Shown here: piece by piece, positions 18,829 to 29,018 of the stretch
Layout: each line of letters starts with the position of its first letter
How positions within the stretch are numbered: the first letter of the stretch is position 1
From: an uncultured Eubacterium sp.
GTDB taxonomy: Bacteria > Bacillota > Clostridia > Lachnospirales > Lachnospiraceae
DNA: 64,000 nucleotides
NCBI GenBank assembly: GCA_910583555.1
Contig: CAJTXO010000019.1
Coordinates: 5,379 to 69,378 of the forward strand
Reading direction: 5' to 3'
The notes under the pieces: model-generated
Database searches by the model: none
Seen by the model: only the letters and a program-made list of their open reading frames with translations
What the model was told of the DNA's origin: nothing
Position numbers and translations under genes: made by a program

Positions 18829-20475
18829 TCACGGCGTCGTCCCGGCATCCTGCCCGCTCCCCGGATTTTGAGCCGCACCCGGATCCTGTGCTGCTCCGGC
18901 ATCCTGCCCTGTCTGGGAACCCTGGCCCGCCTGAGAAGCATCGCCGCCTGTATTTCCTGTCGTGTTACCCGCCGTATTTCCTGAATTTCCGCTGTTTCCG
19001 CTGCCGCCGCTGCTGCCCGTTCTGCCAGATGTGCTATCGCGCTGCGGCGTTCTCGCGCTCGGCTTCTTCGTCTCGCGCGGTTTTTTCGTCGCTGCCGGTT
19101 TCGGCGTCTTCTGCGGCGCTTTCATGGAACCTTTCGTCACATACCGCGGCGAAGCGGAGTACGTGCTGGAATTGATCTGCGTCTTCGTTTCTTTTCCATT
19201 TTCCGTCACGATCTTCCACAGTTTTGCCTTGTAACCGGTATGCGCTTCCTGCGTCACTGTCATATACGACTCCGGTTTTGTCTTATCATATGTCACCTTA
19301 TCGGCTCCTGGCTCGATCGTATCAGTCACTTCCGATTCAAAGCGGATCTTACGATCAGAACTTCTCGTCTCCTCTCCGTATATCGTAAACGAGATCGTCC
19401 CGCCATATGTACCGCCCTGGATGTAAACCGGTACATCGGTATCATTTTTGAACTTAAAGTCTTTGTAATCACCGGCGATCGCCGCATCCATCGACGGTTT
19501 CACATAACTGACCACCATCGAGTGCGGACTCCTCTCCGCGATTTCGAGTTCCGCCCGCAAAACGGCGTTGTACAGCGTCGTCGATACCTGGCAGACGCCT
19601 CCGCCGAGACTGTCTTCCACTTTACCATTATTGTAGGACGCCGCTTCGTAATATCCGTTTTCCTCTGTCAGCGGCGAAATCGTATCATGCACCGAAAATG
19701 TCTCGCCGGGATAGATGACCGACCCGTTTATGAGCCGCGCCGCATTGGCAAGATTTTTCGAGCGGTTTACATTTCCCGCGCTGAAATTCGTGGAAAATGT
19801 ACCGATCTTGTCTTTACATTTGGCCGCCGCTTCATACGAAACCTTCGGCTGTTCCACTTTTACATTCGCCGTGACGCGGATCACGTCCTCGCCCTGTGCC
19901 TCATCGATCGCCTGCTTGATCTGCTGGCACGTTTCATCCACATCGAGACTGACGCCTTCCCTCGACTTTGTATAGACAAAATTTCCATCTTTCATTTTGA
20001 CCGTGGCGTTTTTTGCCTCCTTGCACAATTTCCGGCATTTCTTTTTTACAAATTTTTTCAAAACACTATCGTCGAACGTCGCCTCGATCGGATAGCTGAT
20101 CTTCCCCTGGGACGCTTCTTTGATCTGCTTGTAATTTTCTATCATCGTCCCGCTTTTTCCGACAGACATCGCATTTTCCAGAAAATCGCCGGCCGAGAAC
20201 TCATATCCGAGCTCGCCAACTGTGGCAGACACGGTCTGTCCGCTCACATCCACTTCCACGACCCGGTTCAAACGGCCTTCCGCATAGGCGTTGACGGCCT
20301 GCTGCGCCTCTTCTCCGGACATGCCGCCGATCTCGATCTGACCGACCCTTACCCCTTCACAGATCACGCCGTCCTCGGGCTTGATCCGTCCGTAACTAAT
20401 GAATACATACGCCGCGATCAGGGCAAACATAAATACGATAACAGCCGCGGCTGTCAAAAAACCTTTTTTCTGCAA
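18829..20475 (-). CDS. VanW-family protein with N-terminal TM anchor, C-terminal G5-like domain and low-complexity tail
   Basis: 548 aa. GGGVCQVSTTLYNAVLRAELEIAERSPHS is the VanW core. GYKAKLWKIVTENGKETK looks G5-like. The tail is rich in G, S, T and Q. Confidence 0.8.
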   Translation of the reverse strand: MQKKGFLTAAAVIVFMFALIAAYVFISYGRIKPEDGVICEGVRVGQIEIGGMSGEEAQQAVNAYAEGRLNRVVEVDVSGQTVSATVGELGYEFSAGDFLENAMSVGKSGTMIENYKQIKEASQGKISYPIEATFDDSVLKKFVKKKCRKLCKEAKNATVKMKDGNFVYTKSREGVSLDVDETCQQIKQAIDEAQGEDVIRVTANVKVEQPKVSYEAAAKCKDKIGTFSTNFSAGNVNRSKNLANAARLINGSVIYPGETFSVHDTISPLTEENGYYEAASYNNGKVEDSLGGGVCQVSTTLYNAVLRAELEIAERSPHSMVVSYVKPSMDAAIAGDYKDFKFKNDTDVPVYIQGGTYGGTISFTIYGEETRSSDRKIRFESEVTDTIEPGADKVTYDKTKPESYMTVTQEAHTGYKAKLWKIVTENGKETKTQINSSTYSASPRYVTKGSMKAPQKTPKPAATKKPRETKKPSARTPQRDSTSGRTGSSGGSGNSGNSGNTAGNTTGNTGGDASQAGQGSQTGQDAGAAQDPGAAQNPGSGQDAGTTP

Positions 20476-20529
20476 TTAAAGTCCTCCCTTGCACATTTTC
20501 TAATCCTGTATTAAACTATAAAAGGAGCA

Positions 20530-20628
20530 TCAGTCCACATAAGGTAATAAAATTCCTGCCAGCATCGCCAGAATGAGCAACGCGCAGATAATAACAGCTA
20601 CCATCCGCTGTTTTTTGCGGTTCATCAT
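20530..20628 (-). CDS. Possible 32-aa hydrophobic micro-protein (MMNRKKQRMVAVIICALLILAMLAGILLPYVD)
   Basis: Not in the ORF track because it is under 60 aa. GGAGG lies 9 nt upstream of the ATG. It has a basic N-terminus followed by one TM helix. Confidence 0.4.
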   Translation of the reverse strand: MMNRKKQRMVAVIICALLILAMLAGILLPYVD

Positions 20629-20670
20629 GGTTCCCTACCTCCTTACTAAAAATATTTATATACTGAAAGG

Positions 20671-21321
20671 ATGAATAACATGTTTTCAAATATTCCTATT
20701 CCCTCAATTTTTATATGCTTTCTGATCTTCTGCGCCTGGATCTACTATGAAAGACACAAATCCACGCGTGAATACGAGCGCAGATCCCGCGAGTTCTGGG
20801 ACCGCGAAGACGAGGCAAACCACACAAAAAATAAAGATATTTCGGGCCTCCCCCTGATCGCTCCGGATGTGGAACGTATCCCCATGCCCGAAACCGATGA
20901 CGAGAACATCTGCTATTATCAGGAAAAAGTCAAAATCAGCCTGGCAAAACCGATGATGGATCTGTCCGCCTATACAAACACCGATTTAAAGTTAGCATAT
21001 GGCACGGGAAATTTCAAGACTTTATCCGAATATGACGAAAATTTTAATGTTTTTTTAATGAATCTGTCAAATCTCGGAAAGGCGTACCGCACAGCCGGCA
21101 TGCTGCCGGAATCCGCCGGCGCGTACGAACAGTGCATCGCCGCCGGCTCGGATAAGTCCACCGATTATAAGTCCCTCGCCTACGCGTATGCCATGACGGG
21201 AAACCGGGGAAAACTCGAGGAACTGATCGCCTCCGTCGGGCAATCTGACCTGCCAAAAGGGGCAGCTCTCGCCGAAGCGATGCGCGCCATCCTGAATGAC
21301 CCGGCGGTTTATGAGGAATGA
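20671..21321 (+). CDS. Hypothetical membrane-anchored protein (N-terminal TM, helical/TPR-like C-terminus)
   Basis: 216-aa ORF with one N-terminal TM segment (IFICFLIFCAWIYY). No catalytic motif recognised. Confidence 0.6.
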   Translation: MNNMFSNIPIPSIFICFLIFCAWIYYERHKSTREYERRSREFWDREDEANHTKNKDISGLPLIAPDVERIPMPETDDENICYYQEKVKISLAKPMMDLSAYTNTDLKLAYGTGNFKTLSEYDENFNVFLMNLSNLGKAYRTAGMLPESAGAYEQCIAAGSDKSTDYKSLAYAYAMTGNRGKLEELIASVGQSDLPKGAALAEAMRAILNDPAVYEE

Positions 21322-21385
21322 ACCCGCGGCTTATCCGGCTGTGCTTCATATATGACCAGGCGGCTTATCGGAATGAACCCGCGGT

Positions 21386-23170
21386 TTATGACGAATGGCC
21401 CGGCCATGTTCCGCGGCGCAGAGCCGTGACTTTCGCACTGTGATTTAACGGATCCCGGTGACGGTAATCAAACACCAGCGAATACGGCGCCGTTTCCCGC
21501 ACCTGTTTTTCCTTAAACAGCTTTTTGAAATCGAGCGTAAACTCCTGCACATACACCATATGGAACAGCTGTTTTGCCGCATAACCCTCATAGCCGGAAA
21601 GAATGTCCGGCCGCTCGGCCTCCCGTTCCAGAAACTCGCGCACAGAGCGCACATATTCTTTTTCCCTCAACCGCGCGAACGCGGGCGGACTCTTTACGTA
21701 TTCCCTGAGATACAGATCAAACGTAAGCGTCTGGCGAAACGCTTCCTCCCTGTCCGCCAAATACTCTGTGACATACTGCCACAGCCATTCATAGCGGGCG
21801 ATCCGGCTGTGCTTCCTGCCAAAACCGCCCTCTCTCTCATAATAGTTCCCCAGGCTCTCGAACATGGAAAACGCGTCGCTGTGGCACTGTTCCAATAACA
21901 CCATCGTGGCCTGGAACTGAAAACTATTATAATATATTTCGACCATCTCTTCAACCCGCTTAAGTGCCCGTATGTCATCATAGGACATCCAATGTGTGCC
22001 CAGCACCTCATACGGCGGACGTTTTCCATACCTGATCCCGTACTCTTCCGCCATTTCTTCCATATAGGAACCTTTGAGAATTTTCAGGAAACCGAGCTGC
22101 AGCTGGTCGGGCGCCATCGCGTACACATCGTTAAAGGACCGGCGAAACGAGGCGGGATCCTCATGTGGAAGACCCGCGATCAGGTCGAGGTGCTGGTGGA
22201 TGTTATGATTTTCACGAACCTTCGACAGGTTGTCCGCCAGTTTTTCTATGTCCATCTGTCGTCGGATCGCCCGGATCGTATGAGGATTCGTCGACTGGAC
22301 GCCGATCTCGAACTGGACAAGCCCCGGACGGAATGTGCGGAACAGCTGAAAATCTTCCTCCTTCAGCAGATCGCCCCCTATTTCAAAATGAAAATTCGTC
22401 GTCCCATTATCATGTTCCCCGATAAACTGCCAGATCCGATACGCGTGCTCGTGATGGCAGTTAAATGTGCGGTCTACAAATTTGACCTGCTTCACGCGGT
22501 GTTCCAGAAAAAACCTCAGTTCCTGAAACACGAGGGAAAGGCTCCGTCTTCGCACACCCTTTTCGATGGACGACAGGCAGTAGCTGCATGAAAACGGGCA
22601 TCCCCGCATCGTTTCATAATAGAGGATGCGGTTCTCCAGCCCGCTCACATCGGCGTACGGGAATACAAGTCCGTCCATCGGAAGCGCCTGTCTCGGCGGC
22701 GTAGCGTATACGCCGTTTTCCGTGCGCAGGCACAGTCCCGGTATCTGAAGGTAATCGTCCGTTCCGCCGCCCTTCTCAAAATAACATGCCAGAAATTCCC
22801 GAAACGTTTCCTCCCCCTCACCGATCATAACGGCATCGACAAACGGATTCCGCCGCAGAACATCCGGGGCGTCGTAAGAAACCTCCGGCCCTCCGAGCAC
22901 GATCACCACATCCGGTAAAATGCTGCGCAGATCGGCCGCCACATCGAGTACATACCCGATATTCCAAATATAGCAGGAAAACCCGACCACCGCCGGCGCA
23001 TGGCGATAGATCCCCTGTAAGATCTCCTCCCGCCGGTGATTGATCGTATACTCCGCGATCCCGACCCTCCCGGCATACGGCCCCGCATTGGCCTTCAGCG
23101 AGTACACGGCCAGGTTTGAATGGATATACTTCGCATTAATGGCTGTCAGCAGTATATTCCCGTTCGTCAT
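21386..23170 (-). CDS. B12-binding-domain radical SAM protein (DUF4080-type)
   Basis: 594 aa. The N-terminus looks cobalamin-binding (ILLTAINAKYIHSNLAVYSL), followed by the radical SAM cluster motif CPFSCSYC. Confidence 0.8.
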   Translation of the reverse strand: MTNGNILLTAINAKYIHSNLAVYSLKANAGPYAGRVGIAEYTINHRREEILQGIYRHAPAVVGFSCYIWNIGYVLDVAADLRSILPDVVIVLGGPEVSYDAPDVLRRNPFVDAVMIGEGEETFREFLACYFEKGGGTDDYLQIPGLCLRTENGVYATPPRQALPMDGLVFPYADVSGLENRILYYETMRGCPFSCSYCLSSIEKGVRRRSLSLVFQELRFFLEHRVKQVKFVDRTFNCHHEHAYRIWQFIGEHDNGTTNFHFEIGGDLLKEEDFQLFRTFRPGLVQFEIGVQSTNPHTIRAIRRQMDIEKLADNLSKVRENHNIHQHLDLIAGLPHEDPASFRRSFNDVYAMAPDQLQLGFLKILKGSYMEEMAEEYGIRYGKRPPYEVLGTHWMSYDDIRALKRVEEMVEIYYNSFQFQATMVLLEQCHSDAFSMFESLGNYYEREGGFGRKHSRIARYEWLWQYVTEYLADREEAFRQTLTFDLYLREYVKSPPAFARLREKEYVRSVREFLEREAERPDILSGYEGYAAKQLFHMVYVQEFTLDFKKLFKEKQVRETAPYSLVFDYRHRDPLNHSAKVTALRRGTWPGHSS

Positions 23171-24992
23171 CCGCGATACCTCCTGTCAACTTATTGTACC
23201 GGTTTACGGCGATTCCGGCCCCCAAAAGGCACCAGTAAACCGGCGCCACCGCAACGGTAGAGTCGTTAGCCAGTCCGGTTACGAGATAGCCGAACGTACC
23301 GAGCAGGATGCCGATCCCCAGCAGCTCGCCGCGGCGGTATCCCGTTTTCCGGAAATACAGCTTCATGCTGGCGGCAAAATAGAACATATACAGCGCCAAA
23401 AATGCCAGCAGGGACAAAAATCCCGTCTGCACCCAGATCTGCATGAACATATTATGCGGCTTCGTGACAACGGACCCGTCATAACCAACGTTTTTCATAG
23501 CGATATAATCATCATTGGGAAATTCGAAAACAAATGTATTCGGCCCCGATCCGATCAGCATGTGGTCTTTCAACAGCGGAAATGTCCGCGACCAGATATA
23601 CCCGCGGCGGCTCCCGAAATGCTGGTTCTGTTCAAATCCCACACTCTCGATATGGCGCAGTTTATCCTTCTTGCCAAACGGATTTTTTATATAGAACACG
23701 CGCTGCGAAAGTCCCGGCCCGGTATACGTTTCGACCGACGGTATGACCGTATAGGACCTCCCAAAAGACGGTGTTTCCACGATAAACGCATCGGTTTCTT
23801 CTCCGTCTATGTCCACCTGTTCCGGGCGGAGCTGGATCTCCTCAAACCGCGCGTCCCCAAACTTCACCAGTTCCCCTTCTTCATACACCTCGACCGCCGT
23901 CCCGCGGTCGTCCGCCGCCGCAAAATGATAGCGGCCGCCGCCCTGTTCACACGTAAGTTTCAGAACATCGCCCCCCGCGGTCGTGACGACCAGCGCCCCC
24001 TCCCGGGATTCCATACTCCTGACTGCAAACCGGTTCGGGGTCGGATGGAAGATCTTATTCACGCCGTATGTAAAAACCGGCCGGTTTACGCAGACGACAA
24101 CCGCCGATGCCAGCACGCAGACGCCTGCCCCGACCGCCACTTTTTTCCTGCTCACACCGGGATCCGCAAGCACAAACGCGAACGCGAGCAGAAGCGATGC
24201 CGCCACTCCGATGCACCCTGTCACGGACTCGGAACCGATCAGCATGAGCAGAAGTCCCGCCGCCGTTACGATGGCAAAACGGTTTCGCATCCCGGACATG
24301 CGGCCGCCGCGGCTGATCACGGAAAGCACGATGGGCAGAACGAGCGCTACATAGGAACCGACATAATTCGGATTATATAAAGTAGCGTAAACCCGGCCTA
24401 TTTCAAAGTTAAAAGTAAATTTAAGCTTCTTTTTTATCATAAAGTTCATAACTGCCTGTCCGGCCCCGGTACGGAAAAAATCATGCCCGCAGTACTGGAA
24501 TACGCTTAAAACGGTCATGACAAATACGCAGGACAGAAATACGCACAGGAATACGCGGATCTGCGTCCTGCCTTCCAGCAGAAAAATGGCAAAAAACAGA
24601 ACGACCACGTACGCCGTTATGATGATCACGCCCTCCCACTGCTCATATCCGCCCCAGACCGCCATATCACCGTGCTCCGACAGCACGGCTGACAGAAGGG
24701 ACAAAAGGAAATACAGCAAAAGGGGGATAAAGTACTTTCCCTCGATGCGCCCCTGCCATCCGCGCTCCTTCCCCGCCAGCTGCCTGGCGGCCACATAGAG
24801 CGCCAAAAGACCGCACAACAATATGAGCATCTGCCCCTTCCAGTATAAAAAGAAATCATACGTTGCTTCGGAATCAGCAAACCACGGATATTCCTTTAAC
24901 CCGATGCGGTAATAACACGCGCTGACGACCAGCGGCACAACACCGGCCACCAGCGCCAGCAGTACCGCCCCGATCCATTGTTTCGACTTCAT
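23136..24992 (-). CDS. O-antigen ligase/polymerase-like polytopic membrane protein
   Basis: ORF 23136..25028, ATG at 24992 (MKSKQWIG). About 10 or more TM helices plus a large extracytoplasmic loop, with a Wzy_C-like region. Overlaps the downstream gene by 35 nt. Confidence 0.6.
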   Translation of the reverse strand: MKSKQWIGAVLLALVAGVVPLVVSACYYRIGLKEYPWFADSEATYDFFLYWKGQMLILLCGLLALYVAARQLAGKERGWQGRIEGKYFIPLLLYFLLSLLSAVLSEHGDMAVWGGYEQWEGVIIITAYVVVLFFAIFLLEGRTQIRVFLCVFLSCVFVMTVLSVFQYCGHDFFRTGAGQAVMNFMIKKKLKFTFNFEIGRVYATLYNPNYVGSYVALVLPIVLSVISRGGRMSGMRNRFAIVTAAGLLLMLIGSESVTGCIGVAASLLLAFAFVLADPGVSRKKVAVGAGVCVLASAVVVCVNRPVFTYGVNKIFHPTPNRFAVRSMESREGALVVTTAGGDVLKLTCEQGGGRYHFAAADDRGTAVEVYEEGELVKFGDARFEEIQLRPEQVDIDGEETDAFIVETPSFGRSYTVIPSVETYTGPGLSQRVFYIKNPFGKKDKLRHIESVGFEQNQHFGSRRGYIWSRTFPLLKDHMLIGSGPNTFVFEFPNDDYIAMKNVGYDGSVVTKPHNMFMQIWVQTGFLSLLAFLALYMFYFAASMKLYFRKTGYRRGELLGIGILLGTFGYLVTGLANDSTVAVAPVYWCLLGAGIAVNRYNKLTGGIADDEREYTADSH

Positions 24993-25023
24993 AAACAGTA
25001 ACTCCCGTGTAACTTCCTCCACA

Positions 25024-25056
25024 AACAAAGGGACGAAACCGCTAACTGTTTCGTCC
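25024..25056 (-). terminator. Rho-independent terminator after the hydrogenase gene
   Basis: Stem GGACGAAAC / GTTTCGTCC (25031-25039 / 25048-25056) with a T-rich tract following on the minus strand. Confidence 0.65.
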
Positions 25057-25083
25057 TTTGCGTTTTATGCTGCAACCACCCGG

Positions 25084-26589
25084 TTATGGCAATTCGATCT
25101 CCGAATATTCTTTCGGCGGAAGCGCTTTGGTGGAATCCTTCACGAACTTCCTCACCGCCTGCGCTCCCTTGGCGACCGGTATATTCGTTCCCGCTCCGGC
25201 CACACAGCCGCCAGGGCATCCCATACCCTCGATCAGGCATCCGTCCTTCTTGCCTGCCTTCGCCATTAGGAGCATCTTCTGACACTCGCTGAGCCCCTCG
25301 ACGTGCTCGATGAGCACCTCGGTGTCAGGATAATATTCATTGATACATTTCTCGATGGCGTTCGCCACGCCGCCGGCCACACCGTAACCACGGCCGGCTC
25401 CTGTCGCGTCATGGATCGGCTCCTCCGCCTCATAGGTCTCCATGTCGATCCCTTTTGCCTCAAAGATCGCCGCCAGTTCTTCAAACGTAATAACGAAATC
25501 CACATCGCTTCGCACGGTTTCACGCGCGGCCTCCAGTTTTTTGGCCGCACATGGCCCGACAAAGACCACCCTCGCGTTCGGGTGTTTCTGCTTGATCGAA
25601 CGCGCCGTAGCCACCATCGGCGTCAGTGCGCTCGAAACCGCCTCCAGCATATCCGGCGGAAGCGTCTGCTTCGCCAGCACCGACCAGGCCGGACAGCACG
25701 ATGTCAGAAGGAACGGAAGTTTTCCCGTCTTTACCTCGTGCACATAATGCCTCGCCTCCGTGATCGCGCCGATGTCCGCACCGAGCGCCACCTCGTATAC
25801 TTCCGCGAATCCGATCTCCTTTAATGCAGATTTAATTTTCCAGAGCCGCACATCGGTGCCGAACTGTCCAATGACAGCCGGCGCCAGTTCCACGATAACC
25901 TCGTCACCCTGTTTGATCGCGCGGGCAAGCTGGAAGATCTGGGATTTGTCCGCGATCGCGCCAAATGGGCAGCTCACCATACACTGGCCGCATTTTACAC
26001 ATTTATCATCATGAATGCGGGCGCGTCCGTGCTCATCGCTGTCGATCGCCTTCACGCCGCAGGCCGCCGCGCACGGGCGAACCTTTTTGGCAATAGCGTC
26101 GTACGGACAAATGGCCTTACATTTACCACATTTCACACATTTGCTCTTATCGATCACCGAACGGCCGTTTTCCATGCGGATCGCGCCGACCGGGCAGACC
26201 TCCTGGCACGGATGCGCGACACAGCCGCGGCACTGGTCCGTCACTTCGTACGCATTATCCTCACACATGGCGCAGGCAGACGGAATGACCTGCATCAGCG
26301 GCGGCTCATAATATTTATCCGCGATGTTACTCTCGCTGAGGCCGCTCGTAATATGTACCGGCTGGTTTTCAGGGCGGAGCGACATGCCCATCGCCAGACG
26401 CACGCGCTCTCCGGCGATCGCGCGCTCGCGGTAAATACTGTCTCGGTACAACGGCACATCGGACGGCGTGATCTTGTACGGAATCGCCTCAATATCATCT
26501 TTGATATTGTCTGACTCAAACGCCACCTTTGCCACTTCCGCAAAAACCTGTCTGCGGATTTTTGTAATCGGGGTTTCAATTCCTCTCAT
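25084..26589 (-). CDS. Monomeric [FeFe]-hydrogenase with N-terminal 4Fe-4S ferredoxin domains
   Basis: 501 aa. Two CxxCxxCxxxCP ferredoxin motifs. H-cluster motifs TSCCPAW, GPCAAKK and EGMGCPGGCVAGAG. Confidence 0.8.
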   Translation of the reverse strand: MRGIETPITKIRRQVFAEVAKVAFESDNIKDDIEAIPYKITPSDVPLYRDSIYRERAIAGERVRLAMGMSLRPENQPVHITSGLSESNIADKYYEPPLMQVIPSACAMCEDNAYEVTDQCRGCVAHPCQEVCPVGAIRMENGRSVIDKSKCVKCGKCKAICPYDAIAKKVRPCAAACGVKAIDSDEHGRARIHDDKCVKCGQCMVSCPFGAIADKSQIFQLARAIKQGDEVIVELAPAVIGQFGTDVRLWKIKSALKEIGFAEVYEVALGADIGAITEARHYVHEVKTGKLPFLLTSCCPAWSVLAKQTLPPDMLEAVSSALTPMVATARSIKQKHPNARVVFVGPCAAKKLEAARETVRSDVDFVITFEELAAIFEAKGIDMETYEAEEPIHDATGAGRGYGVAGGVANAIEKCINEYYPDTEVLIEHVEGLSECQKMLLMAKAGKKDGCLIEGMGCPGGCVAGAGTNIPVAKGAQAVRKFVKDSTKALPPKEYSEIELP

Positions 26590-26663
26590 GCTTCTCTCTC
26601 CTTTATCCTAACATCAGTCTCATGTTTGTATCAGAATAACACATATCGATACGAGCCGTCAAG

Positions 26664-28127
26664 CTACTCTTTCACACACGGGAACTGCACAAAGAAACAC
26701 GTTTTCTCCACTTCGTCGCTCGCAACCCATATTTTCCCATGATGGCGGTCGGAAATGTGCCTGGCCACCATTAACCCGAGCCCGGATCCATCCTTATTTC
26801 CGTTATTATTGCCGCGGTAAAACTTTTCGAATATCGTATCCCACTCCGACTTCGGCACCGGTATCCCCGTATCCTCCACAGACACGGTAATGAGTTCTTC
26901 GCTCCGCCTTATATCAACGCGGATCTCCGTATCGTCATCGGCGTATTTGACCGCGTTTTGCAGCAGGATCAGAAACAGCTGGCGGATCCTGTCATAATCC
27001 CCTTCGATCAGCGAACACTCGTCCTCGTAATCCAGTACGGAAACAATGTTCTTTTCCGCCATCAGGATACGCATGCTGCGGAGCGCGTCCTGCATGACGG
27101 CGATCACATTCAATACCTCTTTATCCAGTTCAAAATCAGGGTTCTGCATTTTTGAGAGGATCAGAAGATCCGACACGAGCCGCTCCATCCCGGCGCACTC
27201 ATTGAGGATCCGGTCGTAGTACTCCTTCCGCTTCGCCTCATCTTCCACATAGCCGTCAGCCAGCGTTTCCGCATACCCTTTTACAACCGTGATCGGCGTG
27301 CGCAGTTCATGGGAAACATTGGAAAAAAAATCCCGCCGGTTCTGCTCGAGATCGTCACGGAATTTCTCCGCCTCGACGAGCTTTTCCGACAATATATCCA
27401 TGCTGTCCGCCAGCATCCCCAGCTCATCTTTGCGCCGGATCTCGGTCTTCTGCGCATACTCCCCTTCCGCCATCCGCAGCGCGATCTCCTTGATGCGGAT
27501 GATCGGCCTCACCAGCTGCTGAGAGAAAAAAGCAGCTATGAGCAGGGAGATCAGCAGCGCAGTGATCACGCTTAAAAACATATATTTCTGATATTGAACG
27601 ACCGATCCCTGTCGGTAATCCATTTCCCCGTTTACGAGAACAATACCGACATTTTCCCCTCTGGCATTTTTGACCGGGGTCGCCAGATGCATCATATCCA
27701 TCCCATAAATACTGTCATATCCGCTGTAACTCCGCGTCTTTCCGCTACAGGCCTCCTGGATCAGCGCCTGCATGGCCTCTTCTTTCACCGTCCATGTGCG
27801 GACATCGACATTCGTGTACGCCTCGTCGAGCGGCTCATCCGCCGACGGATTCGCCAGGATCCAGATATCCGTATTCCGGAATTCCCCAAAATCCTTGAGC
27901 GCGCTGAGATACGTAAAAAAATCCTTACTGTCATCCCCCGTCACGGCGTCACTGACCCGTTCCGACACACTCTGGGCGATGCTTTTCAGTTCTTCCTTAT
28001 AGACGCCCATGATATTATGTCTGTTGAACCGCGTAAATACAAGGCCGGCAACCGCTGTCAGCGACACGAGCGCCAGCGCGAAATAAATCCCGACCCGCCA
28101 AAAAATTTTTCTCACAACAAACTCCAA
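26664..28127 (-). CDS. Sensor histidine kinase (2 TM, HAMP, HisKA, HATPase_c)
   Basis: 487 aa. H-box FFSNVSHELRTPIT, plus N and G boxes (LLQNAVKY, GSGLGL). Confidence 0.9.
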   Translation of the reverse strand: MEFVVRKIFWRVGIYFALALVSLTAVAGLVFTRFNRHNIMGVYKEELKSIAQSVSERVSDAVTGDDSKDFFTYLSALKDFGEFRNTDIWILANPSADEPLDEAYTNVDVRTWTVKEEAMQALIQEACSGKTRSYSGYDSIYGMDMMHLATPVKNARGENVGIVLVNGEMDYRQGSVVQYQKYMFLSVITALLISLLIAAFFSQQLVRPIIRIKEIALRMAEGEYAQKTEIRRKDELGMLADSMDILSEKLVEAEKFRDDLEQNRRDFFSNVSHELRTPITVVKGYAETLADGYVEDEAKRKEYYDRILNECAGMERLVSDLLILSKMQNPDFELDKEVLNVIAVMQDALRSMRILMAEKNIVSVLDYEDECSLIEGDYDRIRQLFLILLQNAVKYADDDTEIRVDIRRSEELITVSVEDTGIPVPKSEWDTIFEKFYRGNNNGNKDGSGLGLMVARHISDRHHGKIWVASDEVEKTCFFVQFPCVKE

Positions 28128-28134
28128 TCCCGCC

Positions 28135-28824
28135 TCAGACGTTTACTTCAAATTTATAGCCGAGCCCCCATATCGTCTTGATCTCCCAGCCCGGATGTTC
28201 CACCTTGTCCAGTTTCGCCCGCAGCCTTTTGATATGCGAATCCACCGTACGGCTGTCGCCGAAATAATCCTGCCCCCACAGGCTGTCCAGCAGGTTATCC
28301 CTCGTGAACACCTTGCTCGGATTTTCCGCGAGGATCCACATCGTCTCCACTTCCTTTTTCGTCATCGGGATCTTCTCCGCCCCGACAAACACACTGTACG
28401 CCTCGATATTGATCGTCAGGTCGCCGATGGCGATCACTTTCTTATCCGAACTTTCCTCCGTGCGCCCCATCCGGCGCAGCACGGCACGCACCCTCGCCAT
28501 GACCTCGCTCGGGCTGAACGGCTTGACAACGTAATCGTCCGCTCCGATATCCAGCCCCATCACCCTCTCATAATCTTCTCCCTTCGCCGTGATGAGGATG
28601 ATCGGTACTTCAGACATCTCACGGATCTTTTTGCACACTTTATAGCCGTCCATTCCGGGCATCATGATATCCAAAAGCACAACCGCCGGATTGCACTTTT
28701 TAAATAATTCAAATGCCTCGATCCCGTCTTTCGCCTGAACCGGTTCAAACCCCTCTTTCGCGACATAAGTCCCGAGAACTTCCCTTATATCTTCATTATC
28801 ATCTGCAATTAATATGTGCTGCAT
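28135..28824 (-). CDS. OmpR/PhoB-family response regulator
   Basis: ORF 28135..28842, ATG at 28824 (MQHILIADD) with a GGAAGGAG RBS. Receiver domain plus a Trans_reg_C wHTH (RTVDSHIKRLRAKL). Confidence 0.9.
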   Translation of the reverse strand: MQHILIADDNEDIREVLGTYVAKEGFEPVQAKDGIEAFELFKKCNPAVVLLDIMMPGMDGYKVCKKIREMSEVPIILITAKGEDYERVMGLDIGADDYVVKPFSPSEVMARVRAVLRRMGRTEESSDKKVIAIGDLTINIEAYSVFVGAEKIPMTKKEVETMWILAENPSKVFTRDNLLDSLWGQDYFGDSRTVDSHIKRLRAKLDKVEHPGWEIKTIWGLGYKFEVNV

Positions 28825-29018
28825 CGCCAACTCTCCTTCCAATTCATGCTATTTCAAAAATTATAACATATTCATACCATTTATCTATGTTTTTTTTGTG
28901 ACATTTTCTATATCCCTTTCAAAAACTGTGACAAATTTATGCCACGGCTTGATGATACACTCATGATAACAAATCTATCAGTAAAAATTTCTATTATTAA
29001 TGAAAGGATGGATTTATT

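Noticed and set aside
25084-26589. The [FeFe]-hydrogenase next to a two-component system, considered as a sensory (HydS-like) hydrogenase.
   Set aside because: The TSCCP motif is intact, whereas the proton-transfer Cys is usually lost in sensory types. There is no PAS or other signalling domain. The kinase/regulator pair has its own extracytoplasmic sensor, and a 74-nt gap separates it from the hydrogenase gene. Only the Met-to-Gly change in the PCxxK motif is atypical.
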